Below, piece after piece: positions 55,621 to 64,000 of a DNA stretch of 64,000 bases. The position numbers were made by a program, and so were the translations under genes. Each line of letters begins with the position of its first letter. Position 1 is the first letter of the stretch. Below the pieces are notes generated by a model, which ran no database searches, was not told the DNA's origin, and saw only the letters and a program-made list of their open reading frames with translations. Source of the stretch: an uncultured delta proteobacterium (GTDB lineage Bacteria > Myxococcota_A > UBA9160 > SZUA-336); NCBI GenBank assembly GCA_963704165.1, contig CAVPHD010000010.1, forward strand, positions 1-64,000, read 5' to 3'.

Positions 55621-57279
55621 TTGGCGAGGGGCGCTGTGTCCACGAAGCTCGGACAACTCCTGATCAACGAAGGGGCGATCACCCCGGATCAGCTCGAGCT
55701 CGCACTGGCGGAGCAGAAGCGGGTCGGCGCCAAGCTCGGCACGATCCTCGTCGACCTCGGGCTCGTGAGCGACGACACGATCTCGCGCTCGCTTGCGACG
55801 CAGAACGGTGTCGAGCACGTCGATCTGCTTCGCGAGCGGCCGACGCCCGACGTGCTCGAGCTGGTCTCCCAGCAGCTCGCGAGCGAATGCGAGGTGCTGC
55901 CGCTCCGGGTCGAGCAGTCCGCCCTCGTGCTCGCGATGGCGAACCCGACCGACATCATCGCGATCGACCGCGTCCAGCGCGCCTCGGGCCTCTTCGTTCG
56001 CGCGGTCTCGGCCCCGCGAGGCCGGATTCGCCGCGCGATCGCCTCGTTCTACCGCGGCGGAATGGACGAGGAGCTCGAGGCCGCGATCGAGAACGCCGCC
56101 CGCTCGGTCGGAGGTGAGACCACGAGCGAAGCCGGGGTGATCGCGCTGGTCGAGCGCATTCTGACCTCGGCCATCGCCGAAGAGGCGACCGACGTCCACC
56201 TCGAGCCCGACGAGAAGGTGCTCCGCGTGCGCCTGCGCGTGAACGGCGAGCTGCGGCGCGGGGCGACCCTGCCCGCGATCCTGATGTCGGCCGTCGTCGC
56301 GCGCATCAAGGTGATGGCCGAGCTCGACATCACCGAGACGCGGCTTCCCCAGGACGGCAAGATCCGCTTCGAGGCGGACGGCAAGAAGATCGAGCTTCGC
56401 GTTTCGACCTTTCCGTCGGTTCTCGGCGAGTCCGTGGTGCTGCGCATCCTGGATCCGTCGCGCGCCAATCGCACACTCGAGTCGCTCGGCCTCTCGAAGC
56501 GCGAGGTCGACGTTCTCGAACGCGCGGCCGCGCGGCCCAACGGCCTGGTGCTCGTCACCGGTCCGACGGGATCGGGCAAGACCACGACGCTGTACGGCCT
56601 TCTCCGCGCGGTGAGCACGAGCGAACGCAAGACGATCACGCTCGAGGATCCGGTCGAGTACCAGATGCCGCTCGTCACGCAGTGCCAGATCAACGAACGG
56701 GCGGGGCTCACGTTCGTGACCGGACTGCGCTCGATCCTGCGCCACGACCCCGACGTGATCCTCGTCGGCGAGATGCGCGACGCGGAGACGGCCTCGATCG
56801 CCGTCCGAGCCGCGCTGACCGGTCACCTCGTGCTCTCGACGCTGCACACCAACGACGCCATCCGGTCGCTCGCGCGGCTCCGCGATCTGGGGCTGCCGTC
56901 GTACCTGACGGCGAGCTGCCTCCTGGTCGTCGTCGCGCAACGGCTGGTTCGGCTGCTCTGTCCGGACTGCCGCTTCGCCTGCGAACCGACCGAGTCCGAG
57001 TGCGCCGCGCTCGGACTCTCGCCCACCGACACGCTCTACCGTTCGAAGGGCTGCGATCAGTGCCGGGGTGCGGGCTCGCGTGGACGCGGCGCGCTCTTCG
57101 AGGTGCTCGAAGTCACGTCACCCATCGCACGACTGATCAGCGCGGATGCGAGCAGCGACGAGATCGTCGCGGCCGCGCGTGCGTCCGGATTCGAATCGCT
57201 TCGGGAAGCCGCGCTTCGGCGCGCCCGAGGCGGAGAGATCTCCCCCGAGGAAGTCGGGCGAGTCACGTCGGGGGACTGA
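55621..57279 (+). CDS. GspE/PilB/MshE assembly ATPase with N-terminal MshEN domain (start may be GTG at 55636)
   Basis: Tandem KLG..L...G......L...L..Q, RLPQDG, GPTGSGKTTTLY, TLEDPVE, LRHDPDVILVGEMRD, TGHLVLSTLH and two CxxC. Confidence 0.95.
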   Translation: MARGAVSTKLGQLLINEGAITPDQLELALAEQKRVGAKLGTILVDLGLVSDDTISRSLATQNGVEHVDLLRERPTPDVLELVSQQLASECEVLPLRVEQSALVLAMANPTDIIAIDRVQRASGLFVRAVSAPRGRIRRAIASFYRGGMDEELEAAIENAARSVGGETTSEAGVIALVERILTSAIAEEATDVHLEPDEKVLRVRLRVNGELRRGATLPAILMSAVVARIKVMAELDITETRLPQDGKIRFEADGKKIELRVSTFPSVLGESVVLRILDPSRANRTLESLGLSKREVDVLERAAARPNGLVLVTGPTGSGKTTTLYGLLRAVSTSERKTITLEDPVEYQMPLVTQCQINERAGLTFVTGLRSILRHDPDVILVGEMRDAETASIAVRAALTGHLVLSTLHTNDAIRSLARLRDLGLPSYLTASCLLVVVAQRLVRLLCPDCRFACEPTESECAALGLSPTDTLYRSKGCDQCRGAGSRGRGALFEVLEVTSPIARLISADASSDEIVAAARASGFESLREAALRRARGGEISPEEVGRVTSGD

Positions 57280-57283
57280 GGGG

Positions 57284-58468
57284 GTGCAGCGCTTCAGCTT
57301 CTCCGCGGTGGATGCGGCCGGCGCGCGCCGCACGGGTGTGCTGGTCGCGAGCGACGATCACGAGATCGACCGGACGCTCTCGAACCGCGGCCTGGTGCTC
57401 ATCCGCGCGAGGGCGCTGCGCGGAACGCGCCGCGTGTCGGGCCGCGTGATCAGCGATTTCTTCTACCACCTCGGCGTGCTCGTCGGGGCCGGCGTCCCGA
57501 TCGCGAGGGGCCTGCACGACCTGCACGAGGACGAGGCGAATCCGATGTCCGTCGAGATCGCCGAGATCGCACGGCGCGTCGAGACTGGGGCGACGCTCTC
57601 CGACGCCCTCGCTCAGCAGCCGAAGCTCTTCTCCCCGCTGATGCTCGCGGTCGTCCGCGCCGGGGAACAGACGGGAAAGCTCGACGTGGTGCTTCGCAAC
57701 CTGGTCGCGTACCTCGAGTGGCGAGAGGAGCTCGGCCGGCAGGTGCGATCCGCGATGGTGTACCCGGCGATCGTCGGCGTCGGCGTGATCGGGCTCTGCG
57801 CGCTGCTCGCGCTCTTCGTCCTGCCGCGATTCGTCGGCATCTTCCTGGAGCTTCGCGTCGAGATCCCCCTGCCCTTGCGCGTGATCGTCTGGACCCAGGA
57901 AGCGGTCTTCGCGTACTGGTTCTGGATCCTGCTCGTGATCCTGTCGCTCGGGTCGGCGCTCATCGTCTGGCAGCGCACCGAGCACGGTCGCCGCGTCCGC
58001 GACCGAACGGCGCTCCGGATTCCGCTCGTCCGCACGCTCGTGGTCGGGCTCGACATGTCGCGGCTCTGCCACAACCTGGGCCTGCTCTACGCGGCCGGCC
58101 TGCCGATCCTCGACGCGCTCTCGATCACCGCCGACATCGTGCAGAACCGCGTGATCCGCGACGTGATTTCGAACGCGCGCGAGAAGGTGACCCGCGGCTC
58201 CGGGCTGGTCGACGCGCTGCGCGCCCCGGGCGTGATGCCGCCAATGGTGCTGCGCATGCTCGGCGTCGGCGAATCGACGGGCGACATCGACGCCTCTCTC
58301 GGGCGCGCCGCGGTCTTCTACGAGCGCGAAGTCCCGGCCGTGATCGATCGCACGATCGCGCTCTTCAACGCCGCCGTGATCTTCGCGCTCGGCGCGGTGC
58401 TGCTGACGATCATCCTCTCCTTCTTCGCGCCGCTCTACGAGGCGATGGGGAACCTCAATGCCGGCTGA
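57284..58468 (+). CDS. GspF/PilC/MshG inner-membrane platform protein
   Basis: L..AGVPI, G.TLSDAL, GEQTGKLD, AMVYP, GESTGD.D and P.Y. Confidence 0.92.
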   Translation: MQRFSFSAVDAAGARRTGVLVASDDHEIDRTLSNRGLVLIRARALRGTRRVSGRVISDFFYHLGVLVGAGVPIARGLHDLHEDEANPMSVEIAEIARRVETGATLSDALAQQPKLFSPLMLAVVRAGEQTGKLDVVLRNLVAYLEWREELGRQVRSAMVYPAIVGVGVIGLCALLALFVLPRFVGIFLELRVEIPLPLRVIVWTQEAVFAYWFWILLVILSLGSALIVWQRTEHGRRVRDRTALRIPLVRTLVVGLDMSRLCHNLGLLYAAGLPILDALSITADIVQNRVIRDVISNAREKVTRGSGLVDALRAPGVMPPMVLRMLGVGESTGDIDASLGRAAVFYEREVPAVIDRTIALFNAAVIFALGAVLLTIILSFFAPLYEAMGNLNAG

Positions 58469-59219
58469 TCGCTCGCAGGCGGGCTTCTCGCTGATCGAGA
58501 TCATCGTCGCCGTGGCGATCCTCGCGATTCTCGCGGGAGCGACCGCGCCGCTCGTGGTGCGGAACATGACGGCCGCGCGGCGAGACGAGACGACCGTCCG
58601 GCTGCGCCGGCTCGTGGACGGAATGGTCGGCGATCCCGGCGCGGGACGCTTCGGCTACCTCGGCGACATGGGCAATCTGCCGCCGACGCTCACCGACCTC
58701 TGGGTCCGGGGCACGCAGCCGGCATTCGCGATCTCGGCCTGGGGATACGGCGCCGGCTGGGCCGGTCCGTACGTGCAGCAGACGCAGCCGCTCGCCGACC
58801 TGACGCAGGACGCGTGGGGCGTCGCGCTGCAGTACGTCGCGGGAACCGCGCGCGTCACGAGCGCGGGCGAGGATCACCTCTTCGGCACCGCCGACGACCT
58901 GATCTATCCCGCGGCGGCGCCGCCGACCACGGGTGGGCTGACGCTCACGGTGCTCGGCATTCCGAACACGAATCCGGCGGCGACGGTCGTGCTCGGCTCG
59001 GCCGAGGCGAGCCCGCTGATCGCGCTCACCGCGAACGGCACGCTCTCGACTTCGGCCCTCGCCGGCGTCGGACCGTTCTTCAGCGCGACACCCGTCCCGA
59101 TCGGCGTGCACGCTCTGACCGTGACGGGGATCGGAACCTATGCCGGCGCCTCGGCGACCTCGGTTCTCACGATCCACGCCGGAAACAACGCATCAACCGT
59201 CACCCTGGTGCAGCCGTGA
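58458..59219 (+). CDS. Type IV pilin/pseudopilin (GspG-like core with a beta-rich C-terminal extension)
   Basis: Class III signal G/FSLIE plus hydrophobic helix. D.G..P..L..L, WAGPY, DAWG and SAG.D..GTADD. Confidence 0.88.
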   Translation: MPADRSQAGFSLIEIIVAVAILAILAGATAPLVVRNMTAARRDETTVRLRRLVDGMVGDPGAGRFGYLGDMGNLPPTLTDLWVRGTQPAFAISAWGYGAGWAGPYVQQTQPLADLTQDAWGVALQYVAGTARVTSAGEDHLFGTADDLIYPAAAPPTTGGLTLTVLGIPNTNPAATVVLGSAEASPLIALTANGTLSTSALAGVGPFFSATPVPIGVHALTVTGIGTYAGASATSVLTIHAGNNASTVTLVQP

Positions 59220-60703
59220 AGCTACCTCGGGTCCTCTCGAGCGTTCTCTCGCGGCTCCCCGTTCGAACCGCGATGCATGCGATCGACACCCGGTTCGCGT
59301 GGGCGCGCGAATCCGACCTGCCGGGTGTCTCGTCGCTGCTCGGATTCGGCGTCGACGGCAGCGTCGAGCAGGCGTCCGGGCGCGTCGACGGCGTCCTACA
59401 CGTCCCCGAGATCCGGATTGCGCGGCTCGACCTTCCCGGCGTGCGATCCCGCGAGGCGCGGCAGATCGCCGCGCGCCGTCGAGCGGATCTGCTCGACGAC
59501 GAATCGGAGTCACTGCACGTCTCGAGCTTGATCCGAGCGACGCCCACGGGAAGCGTGCTCTGGCTCGTCTCGGGTCCGAAAGATGTCTGCCGCGAGCTGG
59601 ACGCGGAGATGGCGGCGCGCGGGATCCGAGCGGACCGACTTCTTCCGCTGAGTCTCGCTCTCGGCGGACTCGCACGACTGCTTCCGCCGGCCATGGACGA
59701 CGGACTCACGGCGATCCTCTGGATCGAGTCGGAGTGGAGTCACTGCGTCGTCGCCGATGCCCAGGGTTGGCGCTTCGATCGCCAGATCCCCCTCAAGCTC
59801 GGATTCGAGCTGCCACCCGAGGAGGCCCCGGCGAACGCCGTCGCCTGGCAGGAAGAGGATCACCAGTTCGTCGAGCACGTCACCGTCGAGCTCGATCGCA
59901 CCTTCACCTACGTCGAGCGACACCTGGCACTGGGCAAGGTCTCGCGCATCTGCGTCTGCGGCCCGCTCGCGGGTCTCGAATCGCTCGAGCACGCGCTGAT
60001 CGCGAATCAGAGCCTGGAAGTCATGCGCGTCGGCGGTCGCTCGCTCGACGCGCTGGGTACCGCGCCGCATCCCGCGGCGGCCGGAGCGCTCGGAGCCGTG
60101 GCCCTCGGAGGCTCGGCCTCGGACGCCTCGCTTCTGCCGAGGGAACTCGCCGCACCGCGGCACGCCGCGCGCGCGCGCCGCCGTCTCCTCGGTCTTGCGA
60201 TCGCGTCGTCCCTGCTCGCGCTGCTCGCGCTCGCGTACGCGGTCTGGGGTGCGGCCGTGATCTCGGCCGCGGCCGAGCGGGTGCATGCGGAGGCGAGGCG
60301 CTGGGACAGCGAGCGCGAAGGCCTCGCCCGACTCGCGGCGGAGCGCGAACGCGCGCAGCGGGTGTTCGACGCCGCTTCGACGCTCGCGCGCCCGGAACCT
60401 CCCTGGTCGGCGCTGCTCGTCGTGCTCGGCGGTTTGATGCCGGAGCATCTCTTCGTCGAGCGACTCGCCATCGTGCCCGAGAACGGCGGCTGGGGGATGG
60501 AGATCTGGCTCGACTCCGAGGGCTTGCGCGAATCGGAAGCGGCGGAGGCCGCGGAGAAGCTGCGGGGTCGGCTCTCCACGCTGTCGCTCTTCCGCGTCGT
60601 CGGACTCGAGATCGAGCAGCCGGCGGGGGCTGCTTCAGAAATGCGCTTTCGGATCGACGCGTGGGTCGCGCCGGTCGGCGAGGGAGCGCCCGATGACGAG
60701 TAG
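59216..60703 (+). CDS. Alignment-complex protein, PilM+PilN fused / GspL/MshI-like
   Basis: Cytoplasmic domain with ELDRTF.Y, SLLP before a single TM, coiled coil and WS.LL..L...P. Operon position supports the call. Confidence 0.65.
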   Translation: MKLPRVLSSVLSRLPVRTAMHAIDTRFAWARESDLPGVSSLLGFGVDGSVEQASGRVDGVLHVPEIRIARLDLPGVRSREARQIAARRRADLLDDESESLHVSSLIRATPTGSVLWLVSGPKDVCRELDAEMAARGIRADRLLPLSLALGGLARLLPPAMDDGLTAILWIESEWSHCVVADAQGWRFDRQIPLKLGFELPPEEAPANAVAWQEEDHQFVEHVTVELDRTFTYVERHLALGKVSRICVCGPLAGLESLEHALIANQSLEVMRVGGRSLDALGTAPHPAAAGALGAVALGGSASDASLLPRELAAPRHAARARRRLLGLAIASSLLALLALAYAVWGAAVISAAAERVHAEARRWDSEREGLARLAAERERAQRVFDAASTLARPEPPWSALLVVLGGLMPEHLFVERLAIVPENGGWGMEIWLDSEGLRESEAAEAAEKLRGRLSTLSLFRVVGLEIEQPAGAASEMRFRIDAWVAPVGEGAPDDE

Positions 60704-61298
60704 GCGTCCGGTGTTTCTCGACGGAACCAACGCGGGGCTCCTGGCCGTGATCGTGGCGGTGCCGCTTCTCGCGATGGTCCTCACGGCGGGTCCGATCCGA
60801 AGATTCGCGCAGCGCGCGATCGAGTCGCAGGAGCGCCAGAGCGTCGAGATCTCACGCCTCGTCGAGAAGAAGCGCGCACTCACCCCGGTCGAGCCGAGCG
60901 AGCGCGAGCGCGTGGACGCGACGCTCGCGAGCTTCGAGGCCAACGTCGCTTCCCTCGGCGAGGAGCCAGACACGCAACTCGTGCACGAGCTGTCGGCCCT
61001 GATCGAGTCGTCGGGTGCCCGCGACGTCCGCGTGCAGCTCTCGCCCCCCGTTCCTGATCAAGAACCGCGGTCGCCGATCGTCGTCGCCTCACTCGCGGGC
61101 GACCGTTCGGTCTCGCTCGTCCCGAACCCGGCTCGCATCGCGATGCGCAGCGATTTCGATGGACTCCGCGCCGTGCTCGACCGGATGGCGGCACCCGGTC
61201 ATTCGATCCAGATCGACTCCGCGGTCTTCGTGCGCGAAGGCGAGAGCATCCGCGCCGAGTTCGACGTCACGTACTGGAGCCGGGAGAGCGTGCCATGA
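60693..61298 (+). CDS. PilO/GspM/MshJ-like protein
   Basis: N-terminal TM, coiled coil and a ferredoxin-like C-terminus (F..L...L..M). Operon position supports the call. Confidence 0.6.
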   Translation: MTSRRPVFLDGTNAGLLAVIVAVPLLAMVLTAGPIRRFAQRAIESQERQSVEISRLVEKKRALTPVEPSERERVDATLASFEANVASLGEEPDTQLVHELSALIESSGARDVRVQLSPPVPDQEPRSPIVVASLAGDRSVSLVPNPARIAMRSDFDGLRAVLDRMAAPGHSIQIDSAVFVREGESIRAEFDVTYWSRESVP

Positions 61299-61834
61299 GA
61301 CGCCGCATCGTCGCCCCGCTGCTCGTCGCCGCTGCGCTCGCGATCGGCGTCCAGAACTGGCTCTTCTTCTACGGAGGAAGCGCGAGCACCCCGATCGCGG
61401 CGACGGACGAGGAGATCGCGGCCGCCGAGAGCGGCGACGACGCCCTCGCTTCCGAACAGGCGTCCGCGGCGATCGTGCGGCCGCCTCCGATTCTCGGCGC
61501 GCCCGCATTGGCCACGCTGCTCGTGACCTTCGACGGGCTTCGCTCGCCGTTCCTGCCCAAGGGCATCGGAAGCTCGGAGGGCCACGGAATTCCGAGCCTG
61601 ACGGGGCTCTTGATCGGCGCGGAGCGTCGGATCGCCTGGCTCGGAAGTCACGCCCGGAGCGAGGGCGAGCTCTACCAGGGATTCAAGGTCGCGCGCGTCG
61701 AGCCCGCGCGCGTCGTACTCGAGCGAGACGGTCGCCGCTTCTCGCTCTGGCTCGACGCCCCCGACGCGTCCGACGCGTCCGACGCCACCGATCTCGATCG
61801 AATGCCCGGCCTCGAGGAGGAAAAGACACCATGA
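61295..61834 (+). CDS. PilP/GspC/MshK-like protein
   Basis: N-terminal TM, RSPF and LTGLL.G...A..........G..V..VEP..VVL. Immediately precedes the secretin. Confidence 0.6.
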   Translation: MRRRIVAPLLVAAALAIGVQNWLFFYGGSASTPIAATDEEIAAAESGDDALASEQASAAIVRPPPILGAPALATLLVTFDGLRSPFLPKGIGSSEGHGIPSLTGLLIGAERRIAWLGSHARSEGELYQGFKVARVEPARVVLERDGRRFSLWLDAPDASDASDATDLDRMPGLEEEKTP

Positions 61835-63573
61835 GAGTCCTGCCACTCTGTCTCGCCGGGCTGGTCACGCTCAGCATCGGCTGCGCGACCCTGCCGGGCG
61901 CGCCCCCGACACCGGAAAGCGACGGAGACGCCGGGTCCCCACCGGCTTCCGAGCCCGCGCCGGATCTGGCCCCCCGGATGCTCTCGGTACCCGACGAGCG
62001 GCCGCGCGACCCGATCGTGCGGCTGATGTCCGAGGGGCGTTACACCCTGAACGTTCAGAACGCCGATCTGGTTGGCGTCCTTCTCGGCCTCACCCACGAT
62101 CTTCCGATCAACGTCGTCGTCGATCCCGGGATCACCGGCACGGTCGATGCCGACCTGAAGAACGTCTCGCTGCTCGACCTGCTCGACCAGCTCGTCGTCG
62201 CGCGCGGCTATCAGTACCGGATCGAGGGTCGGACGGTCCGCGTCCTTCGGACCGATCGAACCACCCGGACCTGGCAGATCGACTACCCGAGCACGCGGCA
62301 GATCGGCGCGTCGCAGTTCAGCATCAGCGGCGCGGTCGCGCAGTCCATCTCCGACTCGAGCTCCTCTTCGTCGGAGGGCTCGAGCAGCGGTGGCGGCAGC
62401 TCCCAGGACACCAGCACCTCCGCGATCTCGACCGAGCTCGCGCTCGACTTCTGGAGCGAGATCGAACGCGGCGTGCGCCAGCTCGTCGACGGCAGCGACG
62501 GCTCGGCGGCGCCCGCCGACACGGATGCGAGCGCCACGCCGTCCGGCTCCATCGCGGGCTCGGGAGGCCGGAGCGTGCTCGTCTCGCGCCAGGCGGGAAT
62601 CCTGATCGTGACGGCGCCCGAGGCGATTCTCGAGCAGGTCGATCGCTATCTCTCGCTGGCCTCGCGAAGCATCGGCCGGCAGGTCTTGATCGACGCGCGC
62701 ATCATCGAGGTGACGCTCGGGGACGAGCTCGACCTCGGTGTCGACATCGAGTACTCGCCGAGCCTCGATTCGACCGATGGTCTGCACCCGATCGGCACGA
62801 TCGTGCGGGCGATCACCGGCGGACTCACCCGCGACAACGCCATCGGGGCTTCCGATCTCGCGCCGGTTCTGACCAGCGGTGGCTTCAGCTTCGGGATCGC
62901 CACCGACACCGTCGGCGTGATGATCAGTGCCCTCGCCCGGCAGAGCGACGTGCGCGTCGTCTCCACGCCGCGGATCGCGACCCTGAACAACCACAAGGCG
63001 ATCGTGAAAGTCGTGCGGAACGAGGTGTACTTCATCGCCGAGACGGAAGTCTCGGTGATCGCGAACGTCGGGCAGTCCGCCGTGACCACGTTCACGCCGA
63101 GCATCACTCCCGTCGGCGTGACGCTCGACGTGACTCCTCAGATCTCCGACGACCGCGACGTCACCCTGCACGTCCACCCGAGCGTCTCCGAGATCGTCGA
63201 GGTCCGCGAACAGCCGCAAGTCGAGGGGCAGACGGCCACCGGAAGTCTTCCCGTCGTCAATCTGCGCGAAACCGATTCGGTCGTTCGCGTCCGTGACGGA
63301 GAGACGCTCGTGATCGGCGGGCTGATCCAGACGCGCGACCTCGACATCGAGAAGAAGATCCCCCTGCTAGGCGACATCCCGTGGCTGGGGCAGCTCTTCC
63401 GTCAGTCGGACGTCACCGAAACCCGCTCCGAGCTCGTCATCTTCCTCACCCCGACCGTTCTCGACGCGCCGACGGTCCGCCGCGTCGATCGGGACAGCGA
63501 GGCGCGTCTCCAGGCGCTCGACGACACCCGAATCGAACGACGCGTGATCGAGTCGCGTTGGTGGAGAAAATGA
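61831..63573 (+). CDS. Secretin, MshL/GspD-like lipoprotein
   Basis: Lipobox SIGC, STN-like domain, Ser/Gly-rich N2 region with FWSEI, QVLIDARIIEV, P.I.TLNN and KIPLLGDIP.LG.LF..SELVIFLTP. Confidence 0.92.
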   Translation: MRVLPLCLAGLVTLSIGCATLPGAPPTPESDGDAGSPPASEPAPDLAPRMLSVPDERPRDPIVRLMSEGRYTLNVQNADLVGVLLGLTHDLPINVVVDPGITGTVDADLKNVSLLDLLDQLVVARGYQYRIEGRTVRVLRTDRTTRTWQIDYPSTRQIGASQFSISGAVAQSISDSSSSSSEGSSSGGGSSQDTSTSAISTELALDFWSEIERGVRQLVDGSDGSAAPADTDASATPSGSIAGSGGRSVLVSRQAGILIVTAPEAILEQVDRYLSLASRSIGRQVLIDARIIEVTLGDELDLGVDIEYSPSLDSTDGLHPIGTIVRAITGGLTRDNAIGASDLAPVLTSGGFSFGIATDTVGVMISALARQSDVRVVSTPRIATLNNHKAIVKVVRNEVYFIAETEVSVIANVGQSAVTTFTPSITPVGVTLDVTPQISDDRDVTLHVHPSVSEIVEVREQPQVEGQTATGSLPVVNLRETDSVVRVRDGETLVIGGLIQTRDLDIEKKIPLLGDIPWLGQLFRQSDVTETRSELVIFLTPTVLDAPTVRRVDRDSEARLQALDDTRIERRVIESRWWRK

Positions 63574-64000
63574 TGCTGCGGACTGCGAATCTCACGGTCT
63601 GTCTCGGGGCGCTCTCGCTGGCGCTCCTCGTTCCCGGGGCCGCCTTCCCAGGCTCCGGATCGCTCGATGACTACGAGCGCAGCGCCGGCGCCTTCGCCGA
63701 CGGCCTGGCCCTGGCCGAGCGCGGGCTCGACGACGACGCTTCGAGCGCGTACGAGGAGGCGATCCGGCTCGACGCGGGATTCGTCGAGGCGATGGTCAAC
63801 CTCGCGCGAGTCCGGCTGCAGCAGGGCGAGACGAGGCAGGCCCGTGAGCTGCTCGACCGAGCGCTGCGGCTCGCCCCCGCCTATCCATCGGTTCACACGG
63901 TTCGCGGGCTCGAGGCTCGCGCGCGCGGAGATCTCAACGAGTCCATGCGCGCGTTCTCCCGCGCCCGCTCGCTCGATCCCGAGAACTCGGAGATCCTCTC
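63570..64000 (+). CDS. Exported TPR protein (3'-truncated by the window; not in the ORF track)
   Basis: My translation: MMLRTANLTVCLGALSLALLVPGAA..AYEEAIRLDAGFVEAMVNLARV..LLDRALRLAP..FSRARSLDPEN. The start overlaps the secretin stop. Confidence 0.75.
   Translation, partial: MMLRTANLTVCLGALSLALLVPGAAFPGSGSLDDYERSAGAFADGLALAERGLDDDASSAYEEAIRLDAGFVEAMVNLARVRLQQGETRQARELLDRALRLAPAYPSVHTVRGLEARARGDLNESMRAFSRARSLDPENSEIL

Noticed and set aside
61761..61786. CCGACGCGT tandem repeat
   Set aside because: In-frame 9-bp repeat encoding a DAS linker; ordinary low complexity
62340..62430. Ser/Gly-rich tract in the secretin
   Set aside because: Expected feature of MshL-type secretin N-terminal regions

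Overview
High-GC (roughly 70% by eye) bacterial chromosomal DNA. Gene content suggests Myxococcota/deltaproteobacteria, which is inference only. Many single-base indels split otherwise clear genes (0.8-5.2, 16.6, 19.7-23.5, 37.4, 46.4 and 51.2-52.3 kb), most simply explained as long-read consensus errors. Layout: (1) 0-13 kb is housekeeping/accessory: a CoA-transferase end, a CsoR/NreA metal operon with a clear operator and an apparent CDF-methyltransferase fusion, a GT-C/TPR protein, moaA, a CCA enzyme, cysNC/cysD, tRNA-Gly(GCC), pgsA, a lytic transglycosylase and nadB. (2) 13-48 kb is a Wza/Wzc/exosortase surface-polysaccharide locus with two carrier-protein acylation routes embedded in it. 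Route one is a formyltransferase-A(Gly-like, interrupted by a luciferase-like monooxygenase)-T NRPS, a KS-AT-KR-DH-ACP-TE PKS, a PPTase and a crotonyl-CoA carboxylase/reductase. Route two is Dlt-like (DltA-like ligase, carrier protein, MBOAT, four SGNH proteins) and includes an AurF-family diiron N-oxygenase. This locus is the best candidate for an undescribed system: decoration of a surface glycan with NRPS/PKS-made and N-oxidised aminoacyl groups. (3) 48-55.6 kb is a regulatory island: a hybrid kinase, a wHTH-STAND-TPR regulator, three tandem Arc-like ribbon-helix-helix paralogues with recurring CAGTGA/TGATATCA boxes, and a PilZ protein. (4) 55.6-64 kb is an MSHA/T2SS-like type IV filament operon. 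I saw no CRISPR array, rRNA, integrase or transposase.
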